From positions 15,134,816 through 15,198,815 of the forward strand of contig OZ316895.1 in NCBI GenBank assembly GCA_973895155.1: 64,000 bases of DNA, read 5' to 3'. The notes below the pieces were generated by a model. That model made no database searches and was not told where the DNA came from. It worked only from the letters and a program-made list of their open reading frames with translations. This stretch comes from Marsupella aquatica. Its lineage: Eukaryota > Plantae > Marchantiophyta. How positions within the stretch are numbered: the stretch's first letter is position 1; each line of letters starts with the position of its first letter. This document shows positions 1 to 11,909 of this stretch, piece by piece. The position numbers and the translations under genes are program-made.

Positions 1-816
1 CTTCATGTGTAGATTTTAACTTATCATTATGAGCTTTTCATTGAGACAATATTGCTCATAATGGTGGACTTGACATTTAGCTACGCTGCTATATATCAGG
101 TCCAATTATGAGTGAATGCAGGACCTGAATGTATGATCAAACACATATGGTACCCTGTACGATTATAGGGTCTTATGTAGGTCTTCTGTATTTCTCCTTG
201 CATACATGGGTTGACATATGGTTGTCCTACCTTGTAAAGGGAACAGTAGGGCATGTCAAACCATTGCCACAAGCAAAGTTCTATGGTCCAAAAACATTCA
301 GTCATAAAATTCTTGTGGGACTTGTATTTAGGTAGCCCATAAGGACTTACGTCCTGGCCATGAAACAGTTTTAATGGCCATGTTGTATCTGAGTTATGAC
401 GCTCCTTTGACACGCCCTAGTAGGGTGTTTCAAAGCCTGATGTTAACAAGATAAGGCACTCCAATAAAGATAGTATTACGAGAACTCTCATAAAAATTAT
501 GACTTGATCTTCAGCTACCATAAAGCAAGCTTGCAGGTCCAACACTTAACCCGTAACTACCCAAAACTTTAGGTGCAAATCCATAAATCCAGGACTCCGG
601 AAAACCGCAATTGAAGGCACGTGGGCTTTGTGCCTGATGTGGTGGTGGTTGCTGCATTTGAGGTGACAGCTGATCAAGAATGGAATAAAAAAGAATAAAG
701 GCTATGAGACAGGTGACACCATAACTCCTACCTTATGGGGCAGGTCAATGCTACCTCTCTCCATTTTTAAAATTCCATAAGTGGGTCCCATATAACCACA
801 GTTATGAGATATACCA

Positions 817-1085
817 TAAATGAGTAACTTTCACTAATGACTTAGTTTTGAGACACCCTAGTATGCTATTAATAATATAAGTAAAGCCCTGGTATGTCCT
901 TAATACTATAAGTAAATGGGTAACTTTCACTAATGACCAGGCTTTGAGACCCCATAGTATGCCCTTAATCCTACAAGTAAAAATGCTTTGAGACTCCCTA
1001 GTATGACCCCCTAGTATGCCCTTAATCCTACAAGTAAAAAAGCTTTGAGACCCCAAGTATGCCCTTAATCCTATAAGTAAAAGCT
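817..1085. repeat. Nested tandem repeats (~40-bp unit x3 plus ~45-bp x2)
   Basis: gctttgagacccc.agtatgcccttaatcctacaagtaaaa repeated; gtaactttcactaatgac x2. Confidence 0.85.
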
Positions 1086-2036
1086 AGAAGCCGGAACCAC
1101 GTTGGCATGTGCGAGCGTGAAATAGATTTAGGGTTGTTCTCGGTGACAACACTGTCTTCTTAGCATCAGGCAAAAAACGCCAAGTGAAGCAAAGTAAACA
1201 GACAGACGAGACGGTGGATTGAATCTTCTGCACAGAGCACGTTGTTGCTCATCATGATGCACGGTAATGCTGTGTGTGATACGCTTCGGTGGTGGCCCTC
1301 CGCCAGAGCTTGGAAGCCCGGCTCGCGAGCTGGTCTGGTAGCCTAGTTAGTGTCGTGCGGGCGCTTCTCTACGGTACTCTGGATGCGGAACAAGAAGAAG
1401 CAAGTGAATCGATTCATTATTTGGTGTCCAAACTCTTTTGGGCTTTGGGAATGATCATTTTTGTAGTTCAGAACTGCCCTCTGCCGTAATTTGGGTCCTT
1501 CGTCGGGTGTCCATTGATTGTGTGGTGCGTCCGAAGTTGAAGAGTCACAGTAGTGGTAGAGAGGGAGGAAAGATGGAAGAGGCTGAGAAATGGAGTGACA
1601 GTATAGACCCGACTGCGGCATGGTCATCAGACTGCGGAGGCGGAACGTAGTGGTGATTTTCGGCACAGAAATTGATCATAGGTCAATTTCTGCGGCGTCG
1701 TTCGTTGGTTTGTTTATGTGCTACAGAAGGGTTACGGCAGTGCTCCCAGTTGCACTGAATGTGAGTGCGTGACTTCAGTCTCTTGAAGAATAGGGCACTG
1801 CAAAGTCCGAGAGCGTTTTTGTAATTCTCATCGACGTTGTCTTTGCTTTCCTTTATCTCATGTCATTTCTAGGGGAGGAGGTTTACTTTGGATTCAGTAG
1901 TGTTGTGTTGGTGAAGGGATGTTGTTGGTGATTTTGTCATGACTTAAGTGCGGGGTAAAAATATTCGCTCGATGACTGGCAGATATGTGTACCAAGCTGA
2001 ATATGTGAAGCGGTGCTGCTGCTGCTTTGATAAATC

Positions 2037-5000
2037 ATGGCCACGTTCCGGATGGGTGGCGCACCACCGGGTGCGCTCTGCCCGACTTGTTCGTATCCTC
2101 ACTTTCCTTTCTGTATACGACACCCTCCTCCTAATGCGTCGGCGCTTCCTCCTTCTCCGATTCCCGGATCATTTCCACTTCCAGGGCTGGGGCTTTCGTC
2201 TAGGGCAGGACCTGGTGGTGGTGCTCGCCCTCCTATCCTTTCCCATGCCCCTCAACTGCCACCACCCCACCCTCCTCCGTTGCTGGGACCTGGACCTGGA
2301 CCTTCTTCCATGACCAGTTACCAGCCATCACCTCTCAGACAGTCGTTTACAGGTCGTGGAGGAGGAGCCATGCCAGATGCTGTCCCGAATGGTGTTGGTG
2401 TCCCGCTGATGGGCCGTGGCGCCAATGCTGAATCAATTCAATTTGGAGGTCCCCTGTTCCACAATCAGCCTCCTCCGGAACCCTTTCAAAACCCTGAGCT
2501 CCCTGCTCCCCGCGCATTGTCAAATTCACGATTACCCAACCCCTCTAGCCATCATCTTCCGCCTCTGAACCCGACCACGCTTTCTGGTCCTTCATCTCAC
2601 AACAAACTAGCAGCTAATAATTCAAGACCTTTTCCTCCTCCACCTGGTCCTGGCAATGGTTGGTCAGAAGAAAACGATAGGGAGCAAGGTCCGTCAATGC
2701 CTCAATGGTTTTTGGATCAGCAGCGAAGGTCAGGGTGCAGCAAGGGTGGTCTTGCTCCTCCGAATGGACGGAGTGGTATCGGAGAAATGCTTCGAGGGGA
2801 GGAAATTGTTCCTCCAGGTCCATTCTTTGGTGGTTCGGAGGCTGTGCCTGGATCGAGGGGGACATTGAATCATCAAGGAAGGTTATTGGAGCGAGACAGG
2901 CATCAGCAAGGAGTTTTTGGCAATGAAGACGCAATTCAGGAAGCGCAACGGTCTGGATATTGGTATCGAGACGATATGCCAACCAATTTTCCCGCCAGAG
3001 ATGATATGATCAACAATCCAGGATTCTTTCACAGAAATGGTGGTCCGATAGATTCGGGGGGTTTACAAGACGGTATCGACAGGAAAATAGTAGGACCTAC
3101 TGGCATGTTGGAACGTTTCGAAGGTGTTGGGTGGGAAGGGTTAGCGGATAGAGACCGAAGGATGTGGGGTTTGGACACAGCGAGAGATTCGTCGGTAGAT
3201 CAGGGATGCTCTTCGCATAATTCGGGCCATGCCTGGAATGGGTCACCTGGTTTTGGTCGGGGTGCTGCTGCTGTTGGTGCTTTGAAGCATCAGATGGGAA
3301 GGAGAGAAAGAGCAGATAACGGGATGTGGTCCCAGAACTCGAATTTGCCTTCCTTGAGAGAACAACAATTACTACATGAACATGGACTAGTTGATGACGG
3401 TCCAGGGCAAAGTCCGACGACTTCTGTTATCGTGCCCTTGGAAAACGGGGCTGAAGAGCATTGGGAGGGGCACGGGAACGCACCACGGAGAGGTCGCTTT
3501 TCAAGAGAAGGGCCGGAGGGACCAGCAGAGGCTTCGTTCTCGACACAGAGACGAGTACATCCTGAAGGTGAACAAATTATCACTACTGTGGGCACAGAAA
3601 CAGCTGCTGGACATCATAATAGGCACGTCAGACCTGTTAATGCTGATAAAACTTACGGAGGTGGAAACTTAACACCTCCAGAAAGATCTCCAGTCAATGG
3701 CGAAAGACCCATTTTTGAGGGTTCGGGGTCTGGTGTGGGGCCAAGCTTTTTGCATGGTACTTCAAACAATGTGGACTCGTCACTGTATGGTGGACACAGC
3801 AATCACAGCTCTAGTACGCCCCCGGTGCAAGAAGACTTGGATGAACTATATTATCTCAAACATTTCCCTCAACGGAATGATAATCAAGTTAGTGGTAGGC
3901 TGCCTGCCTCTCATTCGTCAGGCGCTCCTCCAGTAGTGAGCTCTCTTGTGCCTCCTAGCCAGGCGGGGATGAGAGATGATGGACTTCCTTTCCAAGAAGC
4001 GTCGCGTGTGGCCTCTCAAAACTGGGCAATGGAACAACGACCAGCTGGAGTGCAAAATCCAGGACATGTCCCACAGCCCGAGAGAGGGCATCATCAAGGC
4101 CCGCTTCATGCGAATTCTCAGGGACCAGTCCCACTTGCTGCACCTACTCCACTTCAGCAGCAGAATGCTCATCTTCAGCAACCTGCTCAATTGCAGCGAA
4201 GGGATCGATCTCCTCCTCAAGCTCAAGTCCGGCCACCATCTCATCTCGTCTCCAGGAACGGCTATCAGCAGGATGCTCAGTTGCCAGCCCAAAGTTATCC
4301 CCCGCATCAGCCAAGCACTCTGCACATCCATCTTCACCAATCTGACCCGAGTAAGCAACCTGGCATTGTCCAGCCCGGCCACACACTGCAGAGTTCAAAT
4401 GGTCAGCAAACAGCTCAGTCTAGTCAACCTGCCCAAATGCAGCACCAGCACCTTCAACATGAACACCTCCATCATGTACCTCACTTGATACAAACGCAAG
4501 CTTCGCTTCTTGCACACCAGCATATGCAACCTTTGCCTCAAAATCAGGGTCCTCTAACAAATCACATGCAGCAGCAAGGTCAAGGGGGCCAATCTCATCC
4601 ACCAATGTTTTATCCTACCACACCAGGAGTCTACCAATCTTTTAGCAACGAAGAAGCTTCTGTGAATGGGAGAAGCATGGAGTCCCGATCCAGGATTTCC
4701 CAAGCTTCAGTGCCTCCCGGCATAGCTCATCACCATCCGGTCCCTACTCTAGAGGCTCCTCCTCTTCCACTCAACGCAGCTGATACTCCTCCTCCCCCGC
4801 CTCCTTCTCCACCTCATTGTCAGCCTCCGCCTCACTCTCCTCCTGGCGCTCCACCCCCACCTCCGCCCTACCAGCCGCCTCCACTGCCACTGTCTCCTCC
4901 CCCTTTACAGTCTTCTGGTTTGACCCATGGCCCTGCTGTCAATTTACAAGCTTCTTTCCCAGGACACCCTCTGACTTTGGAAGATCCGTTGAATAGATTG

Positions 5001-5075
5001 AAGTACACACATCTGCCACATGTACATCAGCAATCTCTTCCTCCTATTCCTCACGGATCTGGTTTTCAATCAATG
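2037..5075 (+). CDS. YLPM1: YLPM1-like exon 1 (1013 codons, Pro/Gly/Gln/His-rich)
   Basis: ATG at 2037, open frame, donor ATG|GTACGT at 5076, phase 0. Confidence 0.85.
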
Positions 5076-8000
5076 GTACGTACTGTCTCCCACATACACC
5101 GCTACAGGTGGTTCCGAGCTTGCCAAAATTGACGTATCCTGCTCTATCTGTTTTAAGTCCAATGGCTGGATAAATGAGCCGAAATCAAATGTTCACGGGG
5201 ACTAGAGATTCTGCAAGGTCCAGCGTGTTTTTGACGTGTCACCAGTTCATCTTTGCCTCTTATTTAATATTGAACCATTTTTGTTGCTTATCAGCTCTCT
5301 TGTCTAGTCTGGACACCATATAGTCATGGCACTCGACAAGTGTTATCTTCAGATGCCAATGAAAGTTCCTCAGGAAATTGTTCTGTAGGCAATACACCGG
5401 CTATAGAGAGGATTTCGACACCTTTATTCTAAGAAGAATAGGGATCACTGCTTCTTGCTGTGATGTGCAGGGTCCTCGGTACATGCACCAGCCTGTGTTT
5501 GGTGAGTTCAGGAACCAAATCTTCCCTCAGCAGCTGGCACAACAGCAGGAGAAGCTAAAAGTTGTTGATGCTGTTTCCATTTTCAGAAGGCCTGGCCGTT
5601 TGTCTAGACCTGATCGAATTGTTGTCATTCTTCGAGGTCTTCCAGGTAAAGCCTCTTGAGGGATAGAGCAAATTCTATAGGCTTTGTCTTCGCATTTCTT
5701 CTTCGTGTTCACGCTATTCTCTGGCTAACATTTTGGCACGCAAGAATATTCCACGCGTGAAGGTTGAAATATCACTAATCTGCCAGAGATGTTTTCTTGA
5801 TGAGAACTGTATTTCGTCTGCTTCAGGGAGCGGCAAGAGCTACTTTGCGAAAGCACTTCGGGATGTGGAATTGATGAATGGAGGTACCGCGCCTCGAATA
5901 CATTCAATTGATGATTACTTCATGACCGAAGTAGACAAGGTAAGTCAGCTATTCTGTTCATCTATAGAAAATGCCCCACACCGAGAGACCCTGTTGGTTG
6001 TTTGTTTTTCGATGGACATTACCATGTGAAATGAGGAGGTAAGTTCACTCAACCAACACTAAGCAGCATTTATTTATCAGTTTTCCAGACTGTGCCAGAC
6101 GTGTGTGGCTATCTGATGCCATAAATTGTTATAGATCGAAGGTGAAGAAGCTGGTTTAATTTCAAGCAACAGTGTGAGGGGTAAAAAGAGGGTGATCAAG
6201 AAAGTCATGGAGTATTGCTATGAGCCGGAGTTGGAAGAGGTAAGATTGTTAGCAAATGTTTGTGAAGCTTCAGCATGTCTTGGAAGTGGTTTCCACTGTT
6301 AGTGCTCAAAGTCCAGTGGCAGTCGACTTCAATATTGAATTGGGTAACCACTGACTGGCATTGTGACACACCAACTAATCTTTTGTGGGTATTGGCAGGT
6401 GTACAGGGGAAGCATGCTCAAAGCTTTCAGGAAGACGTTGGAAGAAGGAATGTTTTCTTTCATAATTGGTACGAATCTACACAAGTGCTTTCTTCTGTTA
6501 CATCCATGCATCGAGATGTTTAACTTACACGCTTCGAGATGTGCAGAGTACTGATGCCTATGAACCTAGCCTTACCCATATTATATAGTTGTTCTCTGGG
6601 GTTAGCCTTTGCAGTCTATATATATCGGTTAGTTTTGCTGAGTCAGTGCCAGCATCCACTCCTGGGTTACGAGTCATTTTGTGATTGAAAACTGCCAAAG
6701 AACCTTTAGCACTGTTCTTTGGCCGGCGTTGTGGATCATATTAAATGCTCCTGGGCTCGAGAGGTATGAAAGGAGGTAGGGTGAAATGAGCATTACTAGT
6801 GATGGCTTTTGGTTTAAATTTAGATTCAGAGCTTAGCCTGTGCAACCTGCGGCTTCCAGCTATCTGTAGGCCTTCCTCTGGTATGAAAGACCGTCAAGGC
6901 AAGGATGCAATTTCAGTGAGCAGGGCCCTCGTTCTCTTTGTCCTACACTAATCAGACGATGCAGTGGACCATTGACCCTCTACATGGCTGGCTGCATGTG
7001 GGCCTCACCTTAATAGTGGATGACCGCAATGTGCTTGTCGCTGATTTTGCTCAGTTTTGGGCAGTTGCGAAGGTATACCCCCTCACTATTGTTCTTTGTC
7101 TTCTATGTTCCCTTTTTAATCTTAGAGAGAACGTGTTCCCTTCTTTGTCTGCAAGACGGCGTTAACCTCCCGGATCGAGCCATCAGATCATTTCTGATTC
7201 ATGCCGATCTCTATTACTGTGTTACCGGCCACTCAGGGTTGAATCAATCCTAGTTAGAAACGCAGATGGTAGATTCCTTCTGTGTAATTCTGAATAGGAC
7301 ACATGCAGTCGGTGCTCTATATTAATATGAAGTATGTGGTGATGACTAAATGGAAGGAAGCTGCCTTTGACATTAACCTTAGCCTTGAGGTTGCTAGGGT
7401 TCGAGTGAAACACATTACGGACAATCTCATGTCTAGATGAATGATCCAACCTCACCCGTCCTTGTCTCGAGTCCCCACCTATTAGTGTTTTAACGGATTA
7501 CTTCTCAACAGCCTTAGTATCAATGCACCCCGTTGACAGTGAGTTGTCGTGATGGGGCTGTAAGTACCCATTTGTGTGCAAACATGGATGATATGTCCAG
7601 AAGGTTGGCTATGGCTTACATACTACTTCCACTCTTATAGAAACGTCCTGCAGATGCAAAATTCTGTGGACTAATTGACCACTGCGAGCACTAGACTCTG
7701 GACTAAGGAGTAGTTTTAAATTAGCTTGTTATTTTTAAGAGATCCTTTTGATTGTGGCCACGGGGCTCGATATCTATTTAGATTGATCACAGGTAGCTGC
7801 ATGAGTCATCACTGAATCCCGGATGTTATGTTTCAATGCTGACGTCGATGTGTTTTGTCTGTGTGTATGGAAACTTGGAAAATTCGTGCTGAAATCTGCC
7901 CGTGTCTCTTCTACATCCGGTGCTACTGCCGTTCTTTCAACAGCGATCTGGATATGAGGTGTACCTGCTGGAGCCTCCATACAGGGACCCTGCGGTACGA

Positions 8001-10185
8001 TTCTTTTCGAAAATTTTGTTGGATCTTTATTGCATGACCTCTGGTAGTATGAGTAGTATAGCAATTTGCTTTCTTGGATTTTGGAAACTTAATTGGAAAG
8101 AACTGATGATAATCAAATACGATTCATTTTCCCGAAATGTTCTTTTGCTTTGAAGTCTGCCAAGTAGGACATAATTCGAAATCTGTAGTCAATCTGCAAG
8201 GGGCAAGGTCTTGGCTATCTAGCATCGCTCTCTAGAATACGTGAGTGTCTCATGGTCTTGGCTTTTTCTATACTTTGTGCAGGGCTGTGCAGCCAGAAAT
8301 GTCCATAATTTCAAGCTGGGTCAAATTCAGGACATGGCTAAACGATGGGAGCCTTCGCCTTCAATGTACTTACAGTTGGATGTTTCTGTAAGGATCTGTC
8401 CCTATCTTCGGCAAAGTTGAGGACAAAGCATTCTTTGTGTGTTTACAATCTTCAAAAAATAAAATCAAGTTTAAAGCATTGTGAGCAAGCTCTAATTATC
8501 TTGCTTTGCAGACACTTTTTCGGGGTGATGATTTGAATTCCCAAGATATTACCGAGGTGAGCTCGCTCAAATTTCATTATCTGACGTGGCTGTTTTGCGT
8601 TGGGGCAAGTCCCCACTTGATGTGGGGTATATAAGCTTTTGCTTTCTTTCTCCCTTGGGGGGGGGGGGGGGGGCGGGGGGGGGGAAGGAATGAATCAAAG
8701 CATCTGTTAGCCAACTTAGGGTGTTTGGACTAGTCAATGTGCATCTTTGAATCACACACTAGCTGGATTGATAGGAGGGAGATCTGGAGTGGATCCTTTA
8801 GGTTCAACATTTTAACGAAGCAGCTTATGACTTGACATTTATTTTCTTGGATATCGACGTGGTTAGGTTGAGATGGACACAGATGACATGGAGCGGGAAG
8901 GAGATGAACACGAGGGGTACCAATCAGTTGAACAAAGGGTGTCCAATTCAGAACTTTCGGAAGAGAATGGTCTATTCTATTCCCTTGCATTCTTTTCTTG
9001 CTTTGACAGGACATCTGACAATCCATTTGAAGTGCTTTTGCCTTCTCCATTCAACTGCGGCATCTTCTAAACTCTGGGTCTTCTCTACGTTAGTTTCATG
9101 ACCTCAGTCGGTTTTGGTGTGCGCGGAACATATTTTTGAATTCTGCCGAATACAGGGAAACACAAGTAGAGGAGAATGTGAATTTGGGAGTATCTGGTAG
9201 GTAGATCTATAACTGACTTCATGAGGTTTCAATTGTGGCCTTCACTGTACAGATAGCAAACCTGCCACCCCAGGCGATAGGTGGGATGGTAGTGACGAGG
9301 AGGCTGAAGAACCTGTGAAACCATTAAAACGAATGCGGTTCAGTGAAGCGAGAAAAAGTAACAGCGACAGTAGTGGCAGTAGCAGTGCTCAGGGTCCTGG
9401 TAATGATGCTCTTAGTGGGCTAATGCAAGCCTACGGGAAAAGAGAAAAATCTGTACGTTGGGCTGACCACCAGGTAATCTATCTTTTGCCCAATGGAGAT
9501 TTCTGCATTCATTAATGTGCAGAAAGCGAAGGAGCATTATGAGTACGGATATTCAGGCTCGGCAAATTGTTGTTCAGGATGCAAATGACGGTGGCAACGG
9601 ATTTTCAATTGGCTCTACCCTCGAAAAAACATCGGACCTAGTCATCGGACCGGGGCCTGGTTACAACAAGGTGAGCATTGACATCAGCATTGACGGATGT
9701 GAAATCGGGGTGGTATGTGAAAGGGACTCTGTCATCAGAAAGTATATTTCAATGTTTCAACTGCTGTCTTAGAAACAGGCACGGGGTATATAGCCGCATG
9801 GTTAATACGTTTTTCGATTAGTACAGTACAGTCAACTTCTCAAGGGCGCAAAATTAATCGAAGAATTCTTTGACCCTTTTTACCTCCGTTTCCTTGATAC
9901 GGTAAAGTTCTTTTTGAAAAAGTTGCAATATGATTGGTTTGACGTAATCCGTTATTTTTGAAGAACTCGAGTCGTTACGAAACTCTTAACAATTATTCTT
10001 GTATCCACCAGGCGTCAAATCCAGTGCGAACTGAGGATTGTGGACGTCACCCAGAGAATGCGCATCGTAATCAAAGTAGGAAGTTCCTGGAGCAATATCG
10101 TGCTGAGCAAGATACATTCAAAGCTGTTTTTGCGAGCCGACGCCAGGGTGGACCAGAGTTGGATGATGAAGATGGGGAATTTTGA
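2037..10185 (+). CDS. YLPM1: YLP motif-containing protein 1 (YLPM1/ZAP3)-like nuclear P-loop NTPase, spliced, about 1449 aa
   Basis: Hand-built GT-AG model with consistent phases: 2037-5075, 5471-5645, 5827-5939, 6135-6239, 6399-6468, 7017-7072, 7944-7994, 8283-8387, 8512-8556, 8867-8969, 9253-9473, 9578-9670, 10012-10185 (4350 nt, ends TGA). The joined product has SRPDRIVVILRGLPGSGKS (Walker A), RIHSIDDYFMTEV, MEYCYEPELEEVYR, FIIVDDRN (Walker B-like), CAARNVH and KSVRWAD, the hallmark blocks of YLPM1 and plant At5g62760-like proteins. Confidence 0.92.
5471..5645 (+). CDS. YLPM1: YLPM1-like exon 2 (GPRYMH...ILRGLP)
   Basis: Acceptor gtgcag|G, donor CCAG|gtaaag. Confidence 0.88.
5827..5939 (+). 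CDS. YLPM1: YLPM1-like exon 3 (GSGKSY...MTEVDK)
   Basis: Acceptor cttcag|, donor AAG|gtaagt; completes Walker A. Confidence 0.92.
6135..6239 (+). CDS. YLPM1: YLPM1-like exon 4 (IEGEE...YEPELEE)
   Basis: Acceptor ttatag|, donor GAG|gtaaga. Confidence 0.9.
6399..6468 (+). CDS. YLPM1: YLPM1-like exon 5 (VYRGSMLKAFRKTLEEGMFSFII)
   Basis: Acceptor tggcag|, donor TTG|gtacga. Confidence 0.9.
7017..7072 (+). CDS. YLPM1: YLPM1-like exon 6 (VDDRNVLVADFAQFWAVAK)
   Basis: Acceptor taatag|, donor AAG|gtatac. Confidence 0.88.
7944..7994 (+). CDS. YLPM1: YLPM1-like exon 7 (RSGYEVYLLEPPYRDPA)
   Basis: Acceptor caacag|, donor GCG|gtacga. Confidence 0.88.
8283..8387 (+). CDS. YLPM1: YLPM1-like exon 8 (GCAARNVH...LQLDVS)
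   Basis: Acceptor gtgcag|, donor TCT|gtaagg. Confidence 0.9.
8512..8556 (+). CDS. YLPM1: YLPM1-like exon 9 (TLFRGDDLNSQDITE)
   Basis: Acceptor ttgcag|, donor GAG|gtgagc. Confidence 0.88.
8867..8969 (+). CDS. YLPM1: YLPM1-like exon 10 (VEMDTDD...LSEEN)
   Basis: Acceptor ggttag|; the donor ATG|gtctat is weak but gives the phase required by exon 11. Confidence 0.7.
9253..9473 (+). CDS. YLPM1: YLPM1-like exon 11 (DSKPATPGDRW...KSVRWADHQ)
   Basis: Acceptor gtacag|, donor CAG|gtaatc. Confidence 0.82.
9578..9670 (+). CDS. YLPM1: YLPM1-like exon 12 (DAND...GFSIG...LVIGPGPGYNK)
   Basis: Acceptor gttcag| (an in-frame alternative acceptor would start the exon at 9557), donor AAG|gtgagc. Confidence 0.82.
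10012..10185 (+). CDS. YLPM1: YLPM1-like terminal exon 13 (ASNP...RAEQDTFKAVFASRR...EF*)
   Basis: Acceptor caccag|, stop TGA at 10183-10185. Confidence 0.85.
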   Translation, partial: ASNPVRTEDCGRHPENAHRNQSRKFLEQYRAEQDTFKAVFASRRQGGPELDDEDGEF

Positions 10186-11909
10186 CGCTTCGAATGGATG
10201 ACGTCAGCTTGCGGGCATGATGAAACCCTTCGAATGGAGAATTTGTGTACAGCGTAGTTGATGACTGAATATCAGTTAATTTTTGCCAGATAAGATTGAT
10301 AATGTATCATGAGAGAGAGTCCACTCAATAAAGCAATTTTCGCTTTAAGGAATGTATGGTTGGATGTTTGTACTGATAAACCTTACATGGCAATCTACGC
10401 GGACTACACTGCTTGATACAGTAATGAAACCTTTGTAGCCCACTTTTTGAAGAATACTCCGTTGTCTTCTTCTATTGAAGAGAACTTGTAGTACGATGAA
10501 ATGATGGAAGCTCGGAAGTGTCAACTGAGACATTGTCCTTTCCCATCTCCAAGGACCCTGTAAAGTGACTAGCGGGTTTACCCTGAATAGGAAAAGCGAC
10601 TTGCTGTATTTTGGATGTGGAATTCGGAGATTCAGTTTCGGTCACAAAGCAGTGGTTGATGATGGACGGTTTTCTTGACCCAGTGGCCCAAATCTGTCGT
10701 GTGAGATCGATGGTTTCTATCACATCTTCCAGCTCACTAGTCCTTCTGGCTTGATTTCAACTTGGCTGAGTTCATAGCTTCAAGGCAAAGAGGCTATGCC
10801 TACGAGATAACTTTGCACCGACCAGAGGGTCAATTTTGTTGCACAGTTCAACAGAGATGGATTCCGGTTTTTTGTCTGTGTTTGCCTGTGTGTAAGAGAG
10901 TGGAAGTCCAGTTTGAGCACTGGCTACAGAACAGTGGGTAACAATTTATAACTTTAATTCCAGTTCAAACTGTGCAGAAAGTTTTCTCCGTGTCTACGAA
11001 AGTCCATCTGAGCTTTGTCAACTTGACACACAACTTCTTGCTCCATGCGACCCTGTTCTGAGAAAAGTCATCTGAGCTTTGTCAATCCCTCTATATAACG
11101 AGATTTGACTTTAATGACGCTGGGCATATTTTTTCAGATTGCGTCCACTGCCCAATACGAGAGGGAGTTTCATTGTACGAAGACCCACATCAATTGTAGT
11201 ATTCAGCAACAGTGTACCATAAGTTAACTCTCCGGCCTACTTTAACCCCTGGTAAAAGCAAAACAACAGGCATTTGCCCCAAGAGCCAAATTGTGACGAG
11301 ACTATAGTGGAGTGAGCGGAAAAGAAAAATCACAGGCACTTGTGGTAGTTGAAAAAACTTTAAAAAAGAAAAATATGCTTGCAGGCTTATACAAAAAAAA
11401 TGATTTCTTTTGCCTGCCCAAAGGCTTTCCACTTTTTTAGTTAATTTTATTTTATTTATGTAAGGAATTACCCAAACTTTAGAAACCCACGTCATACCAA
11501 AATGAATGGAATTCAATAAAATATTTCAAGGACCTAAATCAAATATCATAATAATCATAGATAATAACAATCCACCATCGATCAGTCTGGGTCATTGGAG
11601 AGCTGCTTGCTTGGGTTGTCTTGGAATGGACATTATTTTTTTGGAATGGATCCCAGCTGGTGTGGTGTGGTCTCTAGTTGGCGTGATTTCCTAGTCAGAG
11701 AGACCAATGAGGACGATGTCTCTCATGCCCACCTTTCCAAGTTTCTCTTTGGTTCCACTTCTTGGATTTTCGGGGCCACCGCTACATCACACCACACCAG
11801 TTTTTTTATTTGCCAAAATTGGCTAGATTCCATCTCTCTAAAAAGTCTTGTCACTTTTGGCCAACCCGTAATTCACACCACACCAGCTGTTTTTTTAATG
11901 GCAAAAATT

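Noticed and set aside
5076-5132. End of the 1031-aa ORF as the true C-terminus
   Set aside because: It is read-through into intron 1; a donor at 5076 joins in frame to the P-loop exons.
7005-7082. Possible U12-type intron signals around exon 6 (ccttaatag; gtataccc)
   Set aside because: The donor is not RTATCCTT, and the branch-like motif is too close to the AG and belongs to an intron with a U2-type donor.
9783-9850. tRNA-like 5' start (ggggtatatagcc..tggttaa)
   Set aside because: No T-loop (GTTCRA) or acceptor-stem complement.
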